A DNA stretch of 64,000 bases, taken from IMG/VR virus record IMGVR_UViG_3300034101_003554, positions 32,001 through 96,000 of that record. The stretch is one strand, 5' to 3'. This DNA is from a virus. Shown one piece after another: positions 18,270 through 25,547 of the stretch (position 1 is its first letter; each line of letters starts with the position of its first letter). The position numbers were made by a program, and so were the translations under genes. Below the pieces are notes generated by a model. That model had not been told where the DNA came from, searched no databases, and saw only the letters and a program-made list of their open reading frames with translations.

Positions 18270-18270
18270 G
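18031..18270 (+). CDS. hypothetical protein
   Basis: 79 aa, also ends DENGFGDILE. Confidence 0.6.
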   Translation: MKTIGVLEALKDETIKKGDKIIIELIVDEIDIESMYPLSAFCFNQYDEISKTNYFKLSWSTKIKIKDINDENGFGDILE

Positions 18271-18272
18271 TT

Positions 18273-18590
18273 ATGAAAAAGAAAAAAAATATATTTACAA
18301 AAGAAATTAAGGTAGCCGATGCTAAGACATCTGTTAGTGAATTAATAAGAGAAACATTAATTAACTTCAGTTGGGGTTTCTTTGGTAATTCAATAGTTGT
18401 ATTTATGGCCAAAGAAATTGATCTTGCCGTATTGATTAATTTTTTATTATATTATATCTTAATATCTTATATTGTTAATCGTGCGAAATATGAAAGTAAT
18501 TTTGGTAAATTCATTGTTTTACCTGGTTCAGCGGCATTAGGAGCATTCACAGGATATAAAGTAGCACAAATTATTTCACAATTTTTGTAA
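18273..18590 (+). CDS. membrane protein
   Basis: three hydrophobic segments. Confidence 0.7.
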   Translation: MKKKKNIFTKEIKVADAKTSVSELIRETLINFSWGFFGNSIVVFMAKEIDLAVLINFLLYYILISYIVNRAKYESNFGKFIVLPGSAALGAFTGYKVAQIISQFL

Positions 18591-18617
18591 CTAATTTAAT
18601 ATAATATATTTATTAGT

Positions 18618-19106
18618 ATGAAACTTAATGAAGAAATAAAACGAATAAAAGGTTTAATGTTGGAAAACTCCGACCCTTTCACTATTTCAACAGCGGGTAG
18701 TATTAATATAACACCTGGTCTTCACATATCTATTAATAATGGTGAAGTTAAGATGGGTCATATTAATATGATTGATTTTGATAATGGAAAACATTATGAT
18801 TACTACCTACCAAGACTTTTGTATAATGTTAATGAATATTGTAAATCAAATTGTACTGAAAATTTATTCAATAATAATAACTCAATATATCTACACGATT
18901 TAGAAATTTTTAAACCTTACAGAGGTAAAGGTCTAAGTAATCGTCTAATGGACGAATGTCATAAATTAGGAAAAAATATGGGAGTTGACTACATTATTCT
19001 AATAACTGAATGTAATAATTATGTAGCCCAAAACTTATATAAAAAATATGGGTACGAAATTTATAGTTCAGATGGTATTGAAGACTTATTTTACAAAAAA
19101 ATTTAA
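18618..19106 (+). CDS. GNAT acetyltransferase
   Basis: LEIFKPYRGKGLS, N..AQNLYKKYGY. Confidence 0.85.
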   Translation: MKLNEEIKRIKGLMLENSDPFTISTAGSINITPGLHISINNGEVKMGHINMIDFDNGKHYDYYLPRLLYNVNEYCKSNCTENLFNNNNSIYLHDLEIFKPYRGKGLSNRLMDECHKLGKNMGVDYIILITECNNYVAQNLYKKYGYEIYSSDGIEDLFYKKI

Positions 19107-19201
19107 AATAAAGACTCAACAACTTGATTAATTTTTGTAACAAACTTGACCTTTTGTATTATATCGTTATATTTAATAAAAAAATAGTAAAAACTTCACA
19201 A

Positions 19202-19273
19202 ATGAAACACAATCTCTATATGGACTTAACAACTAGAGCTGAGGGTAGAAATCCTCGGATGGAGATGGTATGA
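19202..19273 (+). CDS. putative leader peptide (23 aa) MKHNLYMDLTTRAEGRNPRMEMV
   Basis: short ORF followed by terminator and tRNA cluster. Confidence 0.5.
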   Translation: MKHNLYMDLTTRAEGRNPRMEMV

Positions 19274-19300
19274 TATAAGGTTTTAATTGTTAATAAAATC

Positions 19301-19339
19301 AAATCCATCTTCCTAAAAAAAAGATGGATTTTTTTTTTT
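19301..19339 (+). terminator. intrinsic terminator / attenuator 2
   Basis: AAATCCATCTT/AAGATGGATTT + U-tract. Confidence 0.8.
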
Positions 19340-19346
19340 GAGAGTG

Positions 19347-19378
19347 TTTGAAAATGTGAATTAGTAATTGTATCTTTG
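19347..19378 (+). promoter_or_regulatory. Bacteroidetes housekeeping-sigma promoter
   Basis: TTTG-N20-TATCTTTG. Confidence 0.7.
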
Positions 19379-19410
19379 TGATGTTCATTGAAATTGAGGG
19401 AAAAATATTT

Positions 19411-19485
19411 GGTACCATAGTTTAACGGCAAGAATATAAGGTTGTCACTCTTATGGTAGGGGTTCGATTCCCCTTGGTACCGCCA
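19411..19485 (+). tRNA. tRNA-Asp(GTC)
   Basis: TTGTCAC loop; G73; CCA encoded. Confidence 0.9.
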
Positions 19486-19559
19486 AAAAAAAGTTTTAAA
19501 AGTTGGAACTAAATGAGATGAAGGTTGGTTTATAATAATGTAACTTAAAAAAATAGATT

Positions 19560-19706
19560 ATGACAAACTTTATGATAAACTTTATTATTCTTGCTATTTT
19601 TATAATGCTTTTGGGTTTTATTGGTAACTATATCATAAAAAAATATCCAGATTCTTGGGTAGCAAAATGGTGGGATGATATGACTGATATTGGTCATTGG
19701 TGGTAA
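19560..19706 (+). CDS. small membrane protein (48 aa)
   Basis: ORF after GGAACT promoter copy 2. Confidence 0.6.
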   Translation: MTNFMINFIILAIFIMLLGFIGNYIIKKYPDSWVAKWWDDMTDIGHWW

Positions 19707-19890
19707 ATTAAAATAATATCTATGTCACGAGATTAAGATGTGACTTACGTTCTAAGGAGTTTACTTATTGTCAATTAGGGCGGACGAAGGCAACATAAGT
19801 TATATTATGGTGACTTGATATTCACCATAACGAATACAAGATATCAAAAAGAGAAGTGGAGAGTTCTTATTCAAAACTTCTCTTTATTTT

Positions 19891-20173
19891 GCCTAGGTGG
19901 TGTAATGGTAGCCACGCAAGACTTAAAAATTTGAGTGCTATTGGTGAAAACCTTTAAGTAGAACTCCGTAAATTCGGTGAAGCCTTTAAAATGGTAATAC
20001 CGAGCCAAGTTCAAGAAATTGAAAAGGTGTAGAGACTAGACACGGAGAACCTAAGTCGAAAGATATGGTTAAGGTATAGTCCAGACCACAAACTGAAAAG
20101 GTGGTGAAAACCATAGTGGTAAGAAAATCTTGTGACCAGTAAGGTCGTGCGGGTTCGAGTCCCGCCCTGGGTA
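19891..20173 (+). tRNA. tRNA-Leu(TAA) interrupted by a group I intron
   Basis: exons 19891-19924 and 20124-20173 rebuild CAAGA-CTTAAAA-TCTTG and a Leu V arm. Confidence 0.9.
19925..20123 (+). mobile_element. group I intron (199 nt, no ORF)
   Basis: P1 ACTT/GAGT with U-G pair; P AAATTCGGTGAA, Q AATACCGAGC, R GTAGAGACTA, S AAGGTATAGTCC; terminal G. Confidence 0.9.
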
Positions 20174-20412
20174 CAAAAAAAAAGTTTAAAAAAGATTTGG
20201 AATTAAGAAAATCAAATCGTAATTTTGTGAGACAATAGTCAGGTGGCGAAATGGTAGACGCACATCCGCAGGTGATTTAGTTTGAGGATACAGCGGCAGT
20301 CGAGGTCACAAACATATACAAATATAGGTTCGAATCCTATCCTGACTACAAAAAAAAAGTTTAAAAAAGATTTGGAATTAAGAAAATGAAATCGTAATTT
20401 TGTGACACAATA
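20174..20412 (+). repeat. about 63-bp near-identical promoter-containing direct repeat (about 20174-20237 and 20349-20412)
   Basis: AAAAAGTTTAAAAAAGATTTGGAATTAAGAAAAT(C/G)AAATCGTAATTTTGTGA(G/C)ACAATA flanking element 5. Confidence 0.9.
20237..20348 (+). ncRNA. tRNA-scaffold element 5 (112 nt)
   Basis: AGTCAGG/CCTGACT (covaried acceptor), GGCGAAATGGTAGACGC, ATAGG-TTCGAAT-CCTAT. Confidence 0.75.
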
Positions 20413-20417
20413 AAAAC

Positions 20418-20490
20418 GCACCATTCGACAAGGGGTATAAGTCACCTCCCTTTCACGGAGGAGTCACGGGTTCGAATCCCGTATGGTGTA
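20418..20490 (+). tRNA. tRNA-Glu(TTC)
   Basis: CCTCC-CTTTCAC-GGAGG. Confidence 0.9.
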
Positions 20491-20542
20491 CAAATCTCAG
20501 AAGTAATTAATCTGGGGCTGAGAGGTTCGAAACTCACGGAAA

Positions 20543-20642
20543 TGATTATGGTGTAGGCGCACGGAAAGATAAAGTATGAGAATGGTAAGTACCCATTAAA
20601 GAAATTGACATCAGGATTAAGGTTCGAATCCTTATTAATCAA
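20543..20642 (+). ncRNA. divergent tRNA-scaffold-like element
   Basis: TGATTA/TAATCA ends, TAAGG-TTCGAAT-CCTTA T arm, no anticodon loop. Confidence 0.45.
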
Positions 20643-20651
20643 CAAACATTA

Positions 20652-20723
20652 TGCAAGGAAGGGCAACGGTCGTCCGCTAGGCTCATAACCTAGAAGCTGT
20701 GGGTTCGATTCCCACCCTTGCGT
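20652..20723 (+). tRNA. tRNA-Met(CAT)
   Basis: CTAGG-CTCATAA-CCTAG; atypical D arm. Confidence 0.75.
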
Positions 20724-20732
20724 CAAACAAAT

Positions 20733-20807
20733 TGCAAGATGGACTGGAGGTGGTTCCAGCTCGGTCTCATAAGCCGTACCATGTGGGTTCGACTCCCACT
20801 CTTGCAA
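20733..20807 (+). tRNA. tRNA-Met(CAT)
   Basis: CGGT-CTCATAA-GCCG. Confidence 0.75.
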
Positions 20808-20813
20808 CTAAAC

Positions 20814-21048
20814 AACTTAACTAATGGCGGTAACTGATTAGTAAAATAATCGAACTAAAGCAATCTAATGGAAGTTGAGTAGCGTCTAATATAGTAGTTT
20901 TATAATACTTGCACTACAAATGGGTATTAAATTAACAGGTTGGGAATCTGACTACATAATATTAGTGTTAGGTGGACTTAAATAAGTGAACACCTGTGTA
21001 ACGGGTTGAAAACTTTACGATTGAAATGTCGACCATTTGGGTTAAGTT
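20814..21048 (+). ncRNA. candidate structured RNA (about 235 nt)
   Basis: AACTTAAC/GTTAAGTT closing stem between tRNA-Met and tRNA-Tyr; no ORF. Confidence 0.45.
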
Positions 21049-21079
21049 CTATTTGTAGTAGAACTTGTAAGTTGTAAAA

Positions 21080-21165
21080 GGGTGTCTATCCAAATTGGTG
21101 AAGGAAGCTGTCTGTAAAACAGTTGCCACGTGCTAAACTTGGGGGTTCGAATCCCTCGGCACCCA
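21080..21165 (+). tRNA. tRNA-Tyr(GTA)
   Basis: GCTGT-CTGTAAA-ACAGT, long V arm. Confidence 0.9.
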
Positions 21166-21169
21166 CAAA

Positions 21170-21372
21170 AGAAATGAAACCTTACATAGGATGGATTAGC
21201 ACCATTGAAAGAGAACTTGGCTCTCATAGGATCGCAACCTAAATCGAGAGTAATAATGACCCAAGTTGTTATGTAGGAGACCCTGCTCTACTGTGCACGG
21301 TATCAGGCTATGGGGAACAAACCATCGTAAAACTCTTGCCCATATAATACTTATGGAAGGACTTTCATTTCT
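21170..21372 (+). ncRNA. candidate structured RNA (about 200 nt)
   Basis: AGAAATGAAA/TTTCATTTCT closing stem, TACATA/TATGTA and AACTTGG/CCAAGTT inner stems. Confidence 0.5.
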
Positions 21373-21377
21373 AATTT

Positions 21378-21452
21378 GCAGTAATAGCTCAATGGTAGAG
21401 TTCTTGTCTTCCAAACAAGATGTTGCGAGTTCGAGTCTCGCTTACTGCTCCA
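21378..21452 (+). tRNA. tRNA-Gly(TCC)
   Basis: CTTGT-CTTCCAA-ACAAG; CCA encoded. Confidence 0.9.
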
Positions 21453-21468
21453 AATTTAAAAATTCATT

Positions 21469-21681
21469 ATGAATCAGTCTGAATTTAGAAATCTTAGAAC
21501 TGGGGATAAAATCCATATTAAGTCTCGTGATGGTTTATATACCTTCTTAACAAAAGACTTTATAACTGGTGAAATTCATATAACTTGTAAAAGATGGAAA
21601 TATGAAGATTCCCCAATCAGAGTAACAAGTTTTGATGATTTCAAATGTTTGGCTGGTGGATTATGGAGAAAAATTATGTAA
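21469..21681 (+). CDS. hypothetical protein
   Basis: 70 aa ORF. Confidence 0.6.
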   Translation: MNQSEFRNLRTGDKIHIKSRDGLYTFLTKDFITGEIHITCKRWKYEDSPIRVTSFDDFKCLAGGLWRKIM

Positions 21682-21754
21682 TAGGAGAAAGTAAGTCGGT
21701 TGGTGTATAGCTTCCTTACGTCTAAAATTTAAGCACAATTACATAATACAAAAA

Positions 21755-21831
21755 GGGGGATTAGCTCATTCAGCAAGAGCACTTGTTTTGCACACAAGAG
21801 GTGGTCGGAGCAAAGCCGACATCCTCCACCA
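21755..21831 (+). tRNA. tRNA-Ala(TGC)
   Basis: G3:U70, CTTGT-TTTGCAC-ACAAG, atypical T loop AGCAAAG, CCA encoded. Confidence 0.85.
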
Positions 21832-21860
21832 AAAAATAAACGTTGTTTTAAATTTAATTT

Positions 21861-22466
21861 ATGAAAAAATTTTTAGTATTTTTAGTATTATTTGTATTAT
21901 TGACATCTTGGTCATATACACCCCCACGTAGGGTATTATATATCGGTGATAGTTTAACCTGTGCTCCTGGTGGGTGGCAGGATCAAGTTTCAAAACATTT
22001 TGGATATCAAAGTCTCAATCTAGCAAAAGGTGGTGTTAGAACGGATTATATGAGAACGACAATGAATGCTTGTTTTAAAAAAGATTCAGCTTTCTCTCAG
22101 GTATTCATTTATGGTGGATGTAACGATGCTTTTTCTATGGTAGATTTACAAGGGGCGGTGAATAACATTCAGATGATGGTTGATAGTTGTAATAGAAGAG
22201 GAATTGAACCTATTGTAATTGTGGGTTTTAATCCAGCTCAAGTAACAACAAAGACTGTGTATGACGCAGAAACAACCAAGAGATGTGTTGGAAGATACAT
22301 TGAGTTTCAAAAACTAATGGTTAAAGAAAAAACTGGATTAAAGAATTGTAAAATAATTCCTATGGACACTACAATGTTTTATAGTGATACTTGGGATGGA
22401 ATTCACTTCGCACCTTCTGGACATAAGAAATTTTCTACTTGGGTTATAAATAATATGGAAAAATGA
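21861..22466 (+). CDS. secreted SGNH/GDSL hydrolase
   Basis: signal peptide; GDSL, GGCND, DGIH; similar to the N-terminus of 355..1932. Confidence 0.85.
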   Translation: MKKFLVFLVLFVLLTSWSYTPPRRVLYIGDSLTCAPGGWQDQVSKHFGYQSLNLAKGGVRTDYMRTTMNACFKKDSAFSQVFIYGGCNDAFSMVDLQGAVNNIQMMVDSCNRRGIEPIVIVGFNPAQVTTKTVYDAETTKRCVGRYIEFQKLMVKEKTGLKNCKIIPMDTTMFYSDTWDGIHFAPSGHKKFSTWVINNMEK

Positions 22467-22714
22467 AAAAAATATTTTGGTTTTCAACTTTAATCACTAT
22501 CTTTGTATCCTGTTACAAACACCCCACAATAGAACCTGGTGATATTGTTAAGAAGTGTGTGATTGATACGATGTATATTACAGAATCTCCATCTACAATT
22601 GAATTTGGTAAAAGATATAATTATAAAACCGATTGTGATGAATTGATAATGACAAGAAGAAGTGATGTATATAAAATAGGGGATACAATAACCTATGTTT
22701 ATAAAAGAAGATAA
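22463..22714 (+). CDS. putative lipoprotein
   Basis: lipobox FVSC. Confidence 0.65.
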   Translation: MKKIFWFSTLITIFVSCYKHPTIEPGDIVKKCVIDTMYITESPSTIEFGKRYNYKTDCDELIMTRRSDVYKIGDTITYVYKRR

Positions 22715-22720
22715 TTATTT

Positions 22721-22806
22721 GCCGTTTTCGCATAGTGGTTGATTGCACTGGATTTGTAACCCAGTTCCGTTAGGACACGTCAGTTCGAATCTGACAAACG
22801 GCTCCA
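22721..22806 (+). tRNA. tRNA-Thr(TGT) with long variable arm
   Basis: CTGG..TTTGTAA..CCAG; TCC-GTTA-GGA extra arm; CCA encoded. Confidence 0.85.
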
Positions 22807-23142
22807 AAAATCCCAATTGATGTAGATAGATTGGGTGGTCTGCAAGCCTCAATTGCCGTATTTGGTTAATATGTTAACCTAACCACGTATTATGGTTAAT
22901 ATGTCACTATAACTAGGGGTCGCCAAGACCAGATTGTTGGCAGTTTACACGAGATAGTCACTCGCATTTTCTACAAAAGGCAAAAAACACTAGTCCGTTT
23001 CTACTGGATGAGGGGGTATTGAAAAAGTGTAGCTAACTTGGAAGATACCCCAAAATTTTTTAAAAAAAAACATAGGAAAAAGTGAATAATTCAGGAAGAA
23101 CAACTATCTTTGTCTTATTAATCACTGAAACACATAATCACA

Positions 23143-23373
23143 ATGGCTAAAGAGAAAAAAACAATCCAAGTTGAGTTATTAAAAGAATTCGCAAACAACT
23201 ATTTGGCTATTCCAATGGTTTCTATCCAAGAAAAAATGGGCATTATCACAATGATTGAAAAGGTTCTACATGAATCCAATGCTTATAAAGGCTATATGTA
23301 TTTGAAACTTGAAGAAAACAATACCCCACCAGCATTTGAAACTGAGGGGTGGGTAACAAGAAAATATTTTTAG
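23143..23373 (+). CDS. hypothetical protein
   Basis: ORF after TAtcTTTG promoter. Confidence 0.65.
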   Translation: MAKEKKTIQVELLKEFANNYLAIPMVSIQEKMGIITMIEKVLHESNAYKGYMYLKLEENNTPPAFETEGWVTRKYF

Positions 23374-23479
23374 TGGTTGTGACACCTAATAATTCACAAG
23401 TAGTGGTTGACACTTAGAATGTTACCTGACTTTAAGGTTTGGAATAGAAAAACCGAAAACTTTTAAAACTTTTAAAACT

Positions 23480-23752
23480 TTGAATATTATGGCACTTATT
23501 TATGTAATCTTGGATAGCAACGATAGAATTCCTATTCTAACTGCAAGTAGTATTGAAAAAGCTGAATTACTTTTGAATCAATATATGGGTGTTGAAGGTC
23601 CTATATTTGATGAAAGTGTTGAGTATATAGGTTTTGAACCATTTGATGACAGAGGTTATTACACAATTTATGAAGGCGAATACAAATATAAGACAGAAGA
23701 TGGTGAACAAAGATTCATGAGATATTGTATGGGATTAGATAGTTTAGATTAA
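23480..23752 (+). CDS. hypothetical protein
   Basis: 90 aa ORF. Confidence 0.6.
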   Translation: MNIMALIYVILDSNDRIPILTASSIEKAELLLNQYMGVEGPIFDESVEYIGFEPFDDRGYYTIYEGEYKYKTEDGEQRFMRYCMGLDSLD

Positions 23753-23822
23753 AAATTATGGTAAAGATTGTAATTTTGTGAACTATTTTTTATTCTAAAT
23801 ATTTATTATTAAAAATAAAACT

Positions 23823-24272
23823 ATGAGTAAAGAAATGAGGAAATTTATAGACGCATTCAAAAAATTCAATTTGAATGAAAGTGTTACTAATGTATATAAA
23901 CGAGATGATGATGATGATGATTCACCTATTATAATTGAAGGTGAAATAGAATATGATGATGATGTATTTTATTACAAAGTCGAGTATCACGATGATTTCG
24001 GATATAAAGTATTTGAAGTAACATCAGAAGAAAATGAAGATGTTGAAGATTTTTTTGATGATGATGAATATGAAGAATTATTAGGTTTAATAATTGATGA
24101 TGTAAAATCAGAAAGATATAAAGAAAAAGAAATATCCACTAAGTGGGTTGCTATTGATACCAGAAATGGTAGAGTAATACACAGAAGTAAAAATCATATT
24201 GATAGAAAATTTGTTGCTGAATTGTATGATATACCAAAATCTTTTATAGAAATTAAAATAGAGACAAGGTAA
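23823..24272 (+). CDS. acidic hypothetical protein
   Basis: ATATTTAT upstream. Confidence 0.65.
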   Translation: MSKEMRKFIDAFKKFNLNESVTNVYKRDDDDDDSPIIIEGEIEYDDDVFYYKVEYHDDFGYKVFEVTSEENEDVEDFFDDDEYEELLGLIIDDVKSERYKEKEISTKWVAIDTRNGRVIHRSKNHIDRKFVAELYDIPKSFIEIKIETR

Positions 24273-24310
24273 AAATTATTACACATAACATAAATATATA
24301 TGTAACTTTT

Positions 24311-24452
24311 AGTCCTATGGCGGAAGTAGACGCTGTGGTGCAAATCCACTTAGCCCAAAGGGGGTTACAATATAGAGGTTCAATTCCTCTACTGGCACGG
24401 ATGTGTCAGATTGGCGTTGTTGTAAATACAGGTTCGAATCCTGTCAGGACTA
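24311..24452 (+). ncRNA. tRNA-scaffold element 6 (142 nt)
   Basis: conserved ends; insert holds extra T-arm-like hairpins. Confidence 0.75.
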
Positions 24453-24487
24453 CAAAATAAATTTTTTAACAAACTTAAATTTTAATT

Positions 24488-24655
24488 ATGAGTGATTTAG
24501 AAACAAAACTTCAAATTTTACAAGAGCAATTAAAACTCAACAATGAAAAACTTGAACATATGAGAGATGAAATAAAGTTTAGTAAAACTTTTATTTATTT
24601 TGATTTAGCATTGTTGGGATTAATTTTGTTATACGTAATTTTGTTTGTAATTTAA
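24488..24655 (+). CDS. small coiled-coil/membrane protein (55 aa)
   Basis: ORF directly after element 6. Confidence 0.6.
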   Translation: MSDLETKLQILQEQLKLNNEKLEHMRDEIKFSKTFIYFDLALLGLILLYVILFVI

Positions 24656-24665
24656 AGTGGAATTT

Positions 24666-24737
24666 AGTCCTGTAGCCAAATTGGTAAAGGCCTCATGTAT
24701 GGATGAGAGAGTATGGGTTCGAATCCTGTCGGGACTA
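24666..24737 (+). ncRNA. tRNA-scaffold element 7 (72 nt, 6-nt pseudo-anticodon loop)
   Basis: AGTCCTG/CGGGACT; CTCAT-GTATGG-ATGAG. Confidence 0.7.
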
Positions 24738-24831
24738 TTAAAAAATAATTCTAACCTTTGGAACTAAATGATAGGTAAAAAGGTTTATAGTTATGTAAGT
24801 TGAATATTAACACACAAAAAAATTAAAAATT

Positions 24832-25002
24832 ATGAATATAGAAGATGTAAAAAAATTAATTAAGGAAAACCTTAAAATTAGTGTAGAAACTCTCACTAGA
24901 GGTAGTGAATGTTCGTATAATGAAAAAACATATGTTAAATTAATTTTTCTTGATGAAGTTATTTCAGAAACAGAAATTGAAAAACTTAGTGAAGATAGAT
25001 AA
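24832..25002 (+). CDS. small hypothetical protein (56 aa)
   Basis: ORF after GGAACT promoter copy 3. Confidence 0.6.
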   Translation: MNIEDVKKLIKENLKISVETLTRGSECSYNEKTYVKLIFLDEVISETEIEKLSEDR

Positions 25003-25042
25003 TAATTTTATGTTTTATAACATAAATATATATGTAACTTTT

Positions 25043-25187
25043 AGTCCTATGGCGGAAGTAGACGCTGTGAGAGTATGTGTATGGCTCTGTTAGGTTCGTG
25101 TAACGCTATTAACGGGAATTAGTAGATGATTTCAAAGATAAAAGCACATACAAAATCTACGTATAGGTTCAAATCCTATTAGGACTA
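25043..25187 (+). ncRNA. tRNA-scaffold element 8 (145 nt)
   Basis: AGTCCTA/TAGGACT; ATAGG-TTCAAAT-CCTAT. Confidence 0.75.
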
Positions 25188-25194
25188 CAACATT

Positions 25195-25282
25195 TAAAAC
25201 ATCAACTCGTAAAGAAAATGATGGCAAAGAGGTTCAGATTAAAGGTAACGGGCTCCTACCTACCCTGAACAAGATGTTTTAA
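25195..25282 (+). ncRNA. candidate structured RNA
   Basis: TTAAAACATC/GATGTTTTAA, GTTCAG/CTGAAC, AGGTA/TACCT nested stems. Confidence 0.45.
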
Positions 25283-25289
25283 TTAATAT

Positions 25290-25403
25290 GGTCAAGTGGC
25301 GGAATGGAAGACGCTAAGTAAGATGGTGTACGTTTGTCCCATAAGAAAGACCGATGCAACAGAAATGTGAAGGGTCGTATAGGTTCAAATCCTATCTTGA
25401 CTA
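25290..25403 (+). ncRNA. tRNA-scaffold element 9 (114 nt)
   Basis: GGTCAAG/CTTGACT; GGCGGAATGGAAGACGC; T arm. Confidence 0.75.
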
Positions 25404-25415
25404 CAATATATATTA

Positions 25416-25488
25416 GCACCCATAGCTCAACTGGAAGAGCAATTGCCTTCTAAGCAATAGGTTACAGGTTCGAATCCTGTTGGGTGTA
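25416..25488 (+). tRNA. tRNA-Arg(TCT)
   Basis: ATTGC-CTTCTAA-GCAAT. Confidence 0.9.
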
Positions 25489-25547
25489 CTAAATTTTAAA
25501 GAAGTACAAGAGTTCTATTTCTATGTAAATTGATAACTTAAAATCTA

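Larger units (their letters stand above)
24285..25069 (+). repeat. 53-bp exact direct repeat (24285-24337, 25017-25069)
   Basis: ATAACATAAATATATATGTAACTTTTAGTCCTATGGCGGAAGTAGACGCTGTG. Confidence 0.9.

Noticed and set aside
11338-21472. Track ORFs overlapping tRNAs (11338, 12557 5' part, 13170, 13660, 15921, 16009 5' part, 20239, 20442, 21042, 21196, 21266)
   Set aside because: They are translations of tRNA/ncRNA sequence
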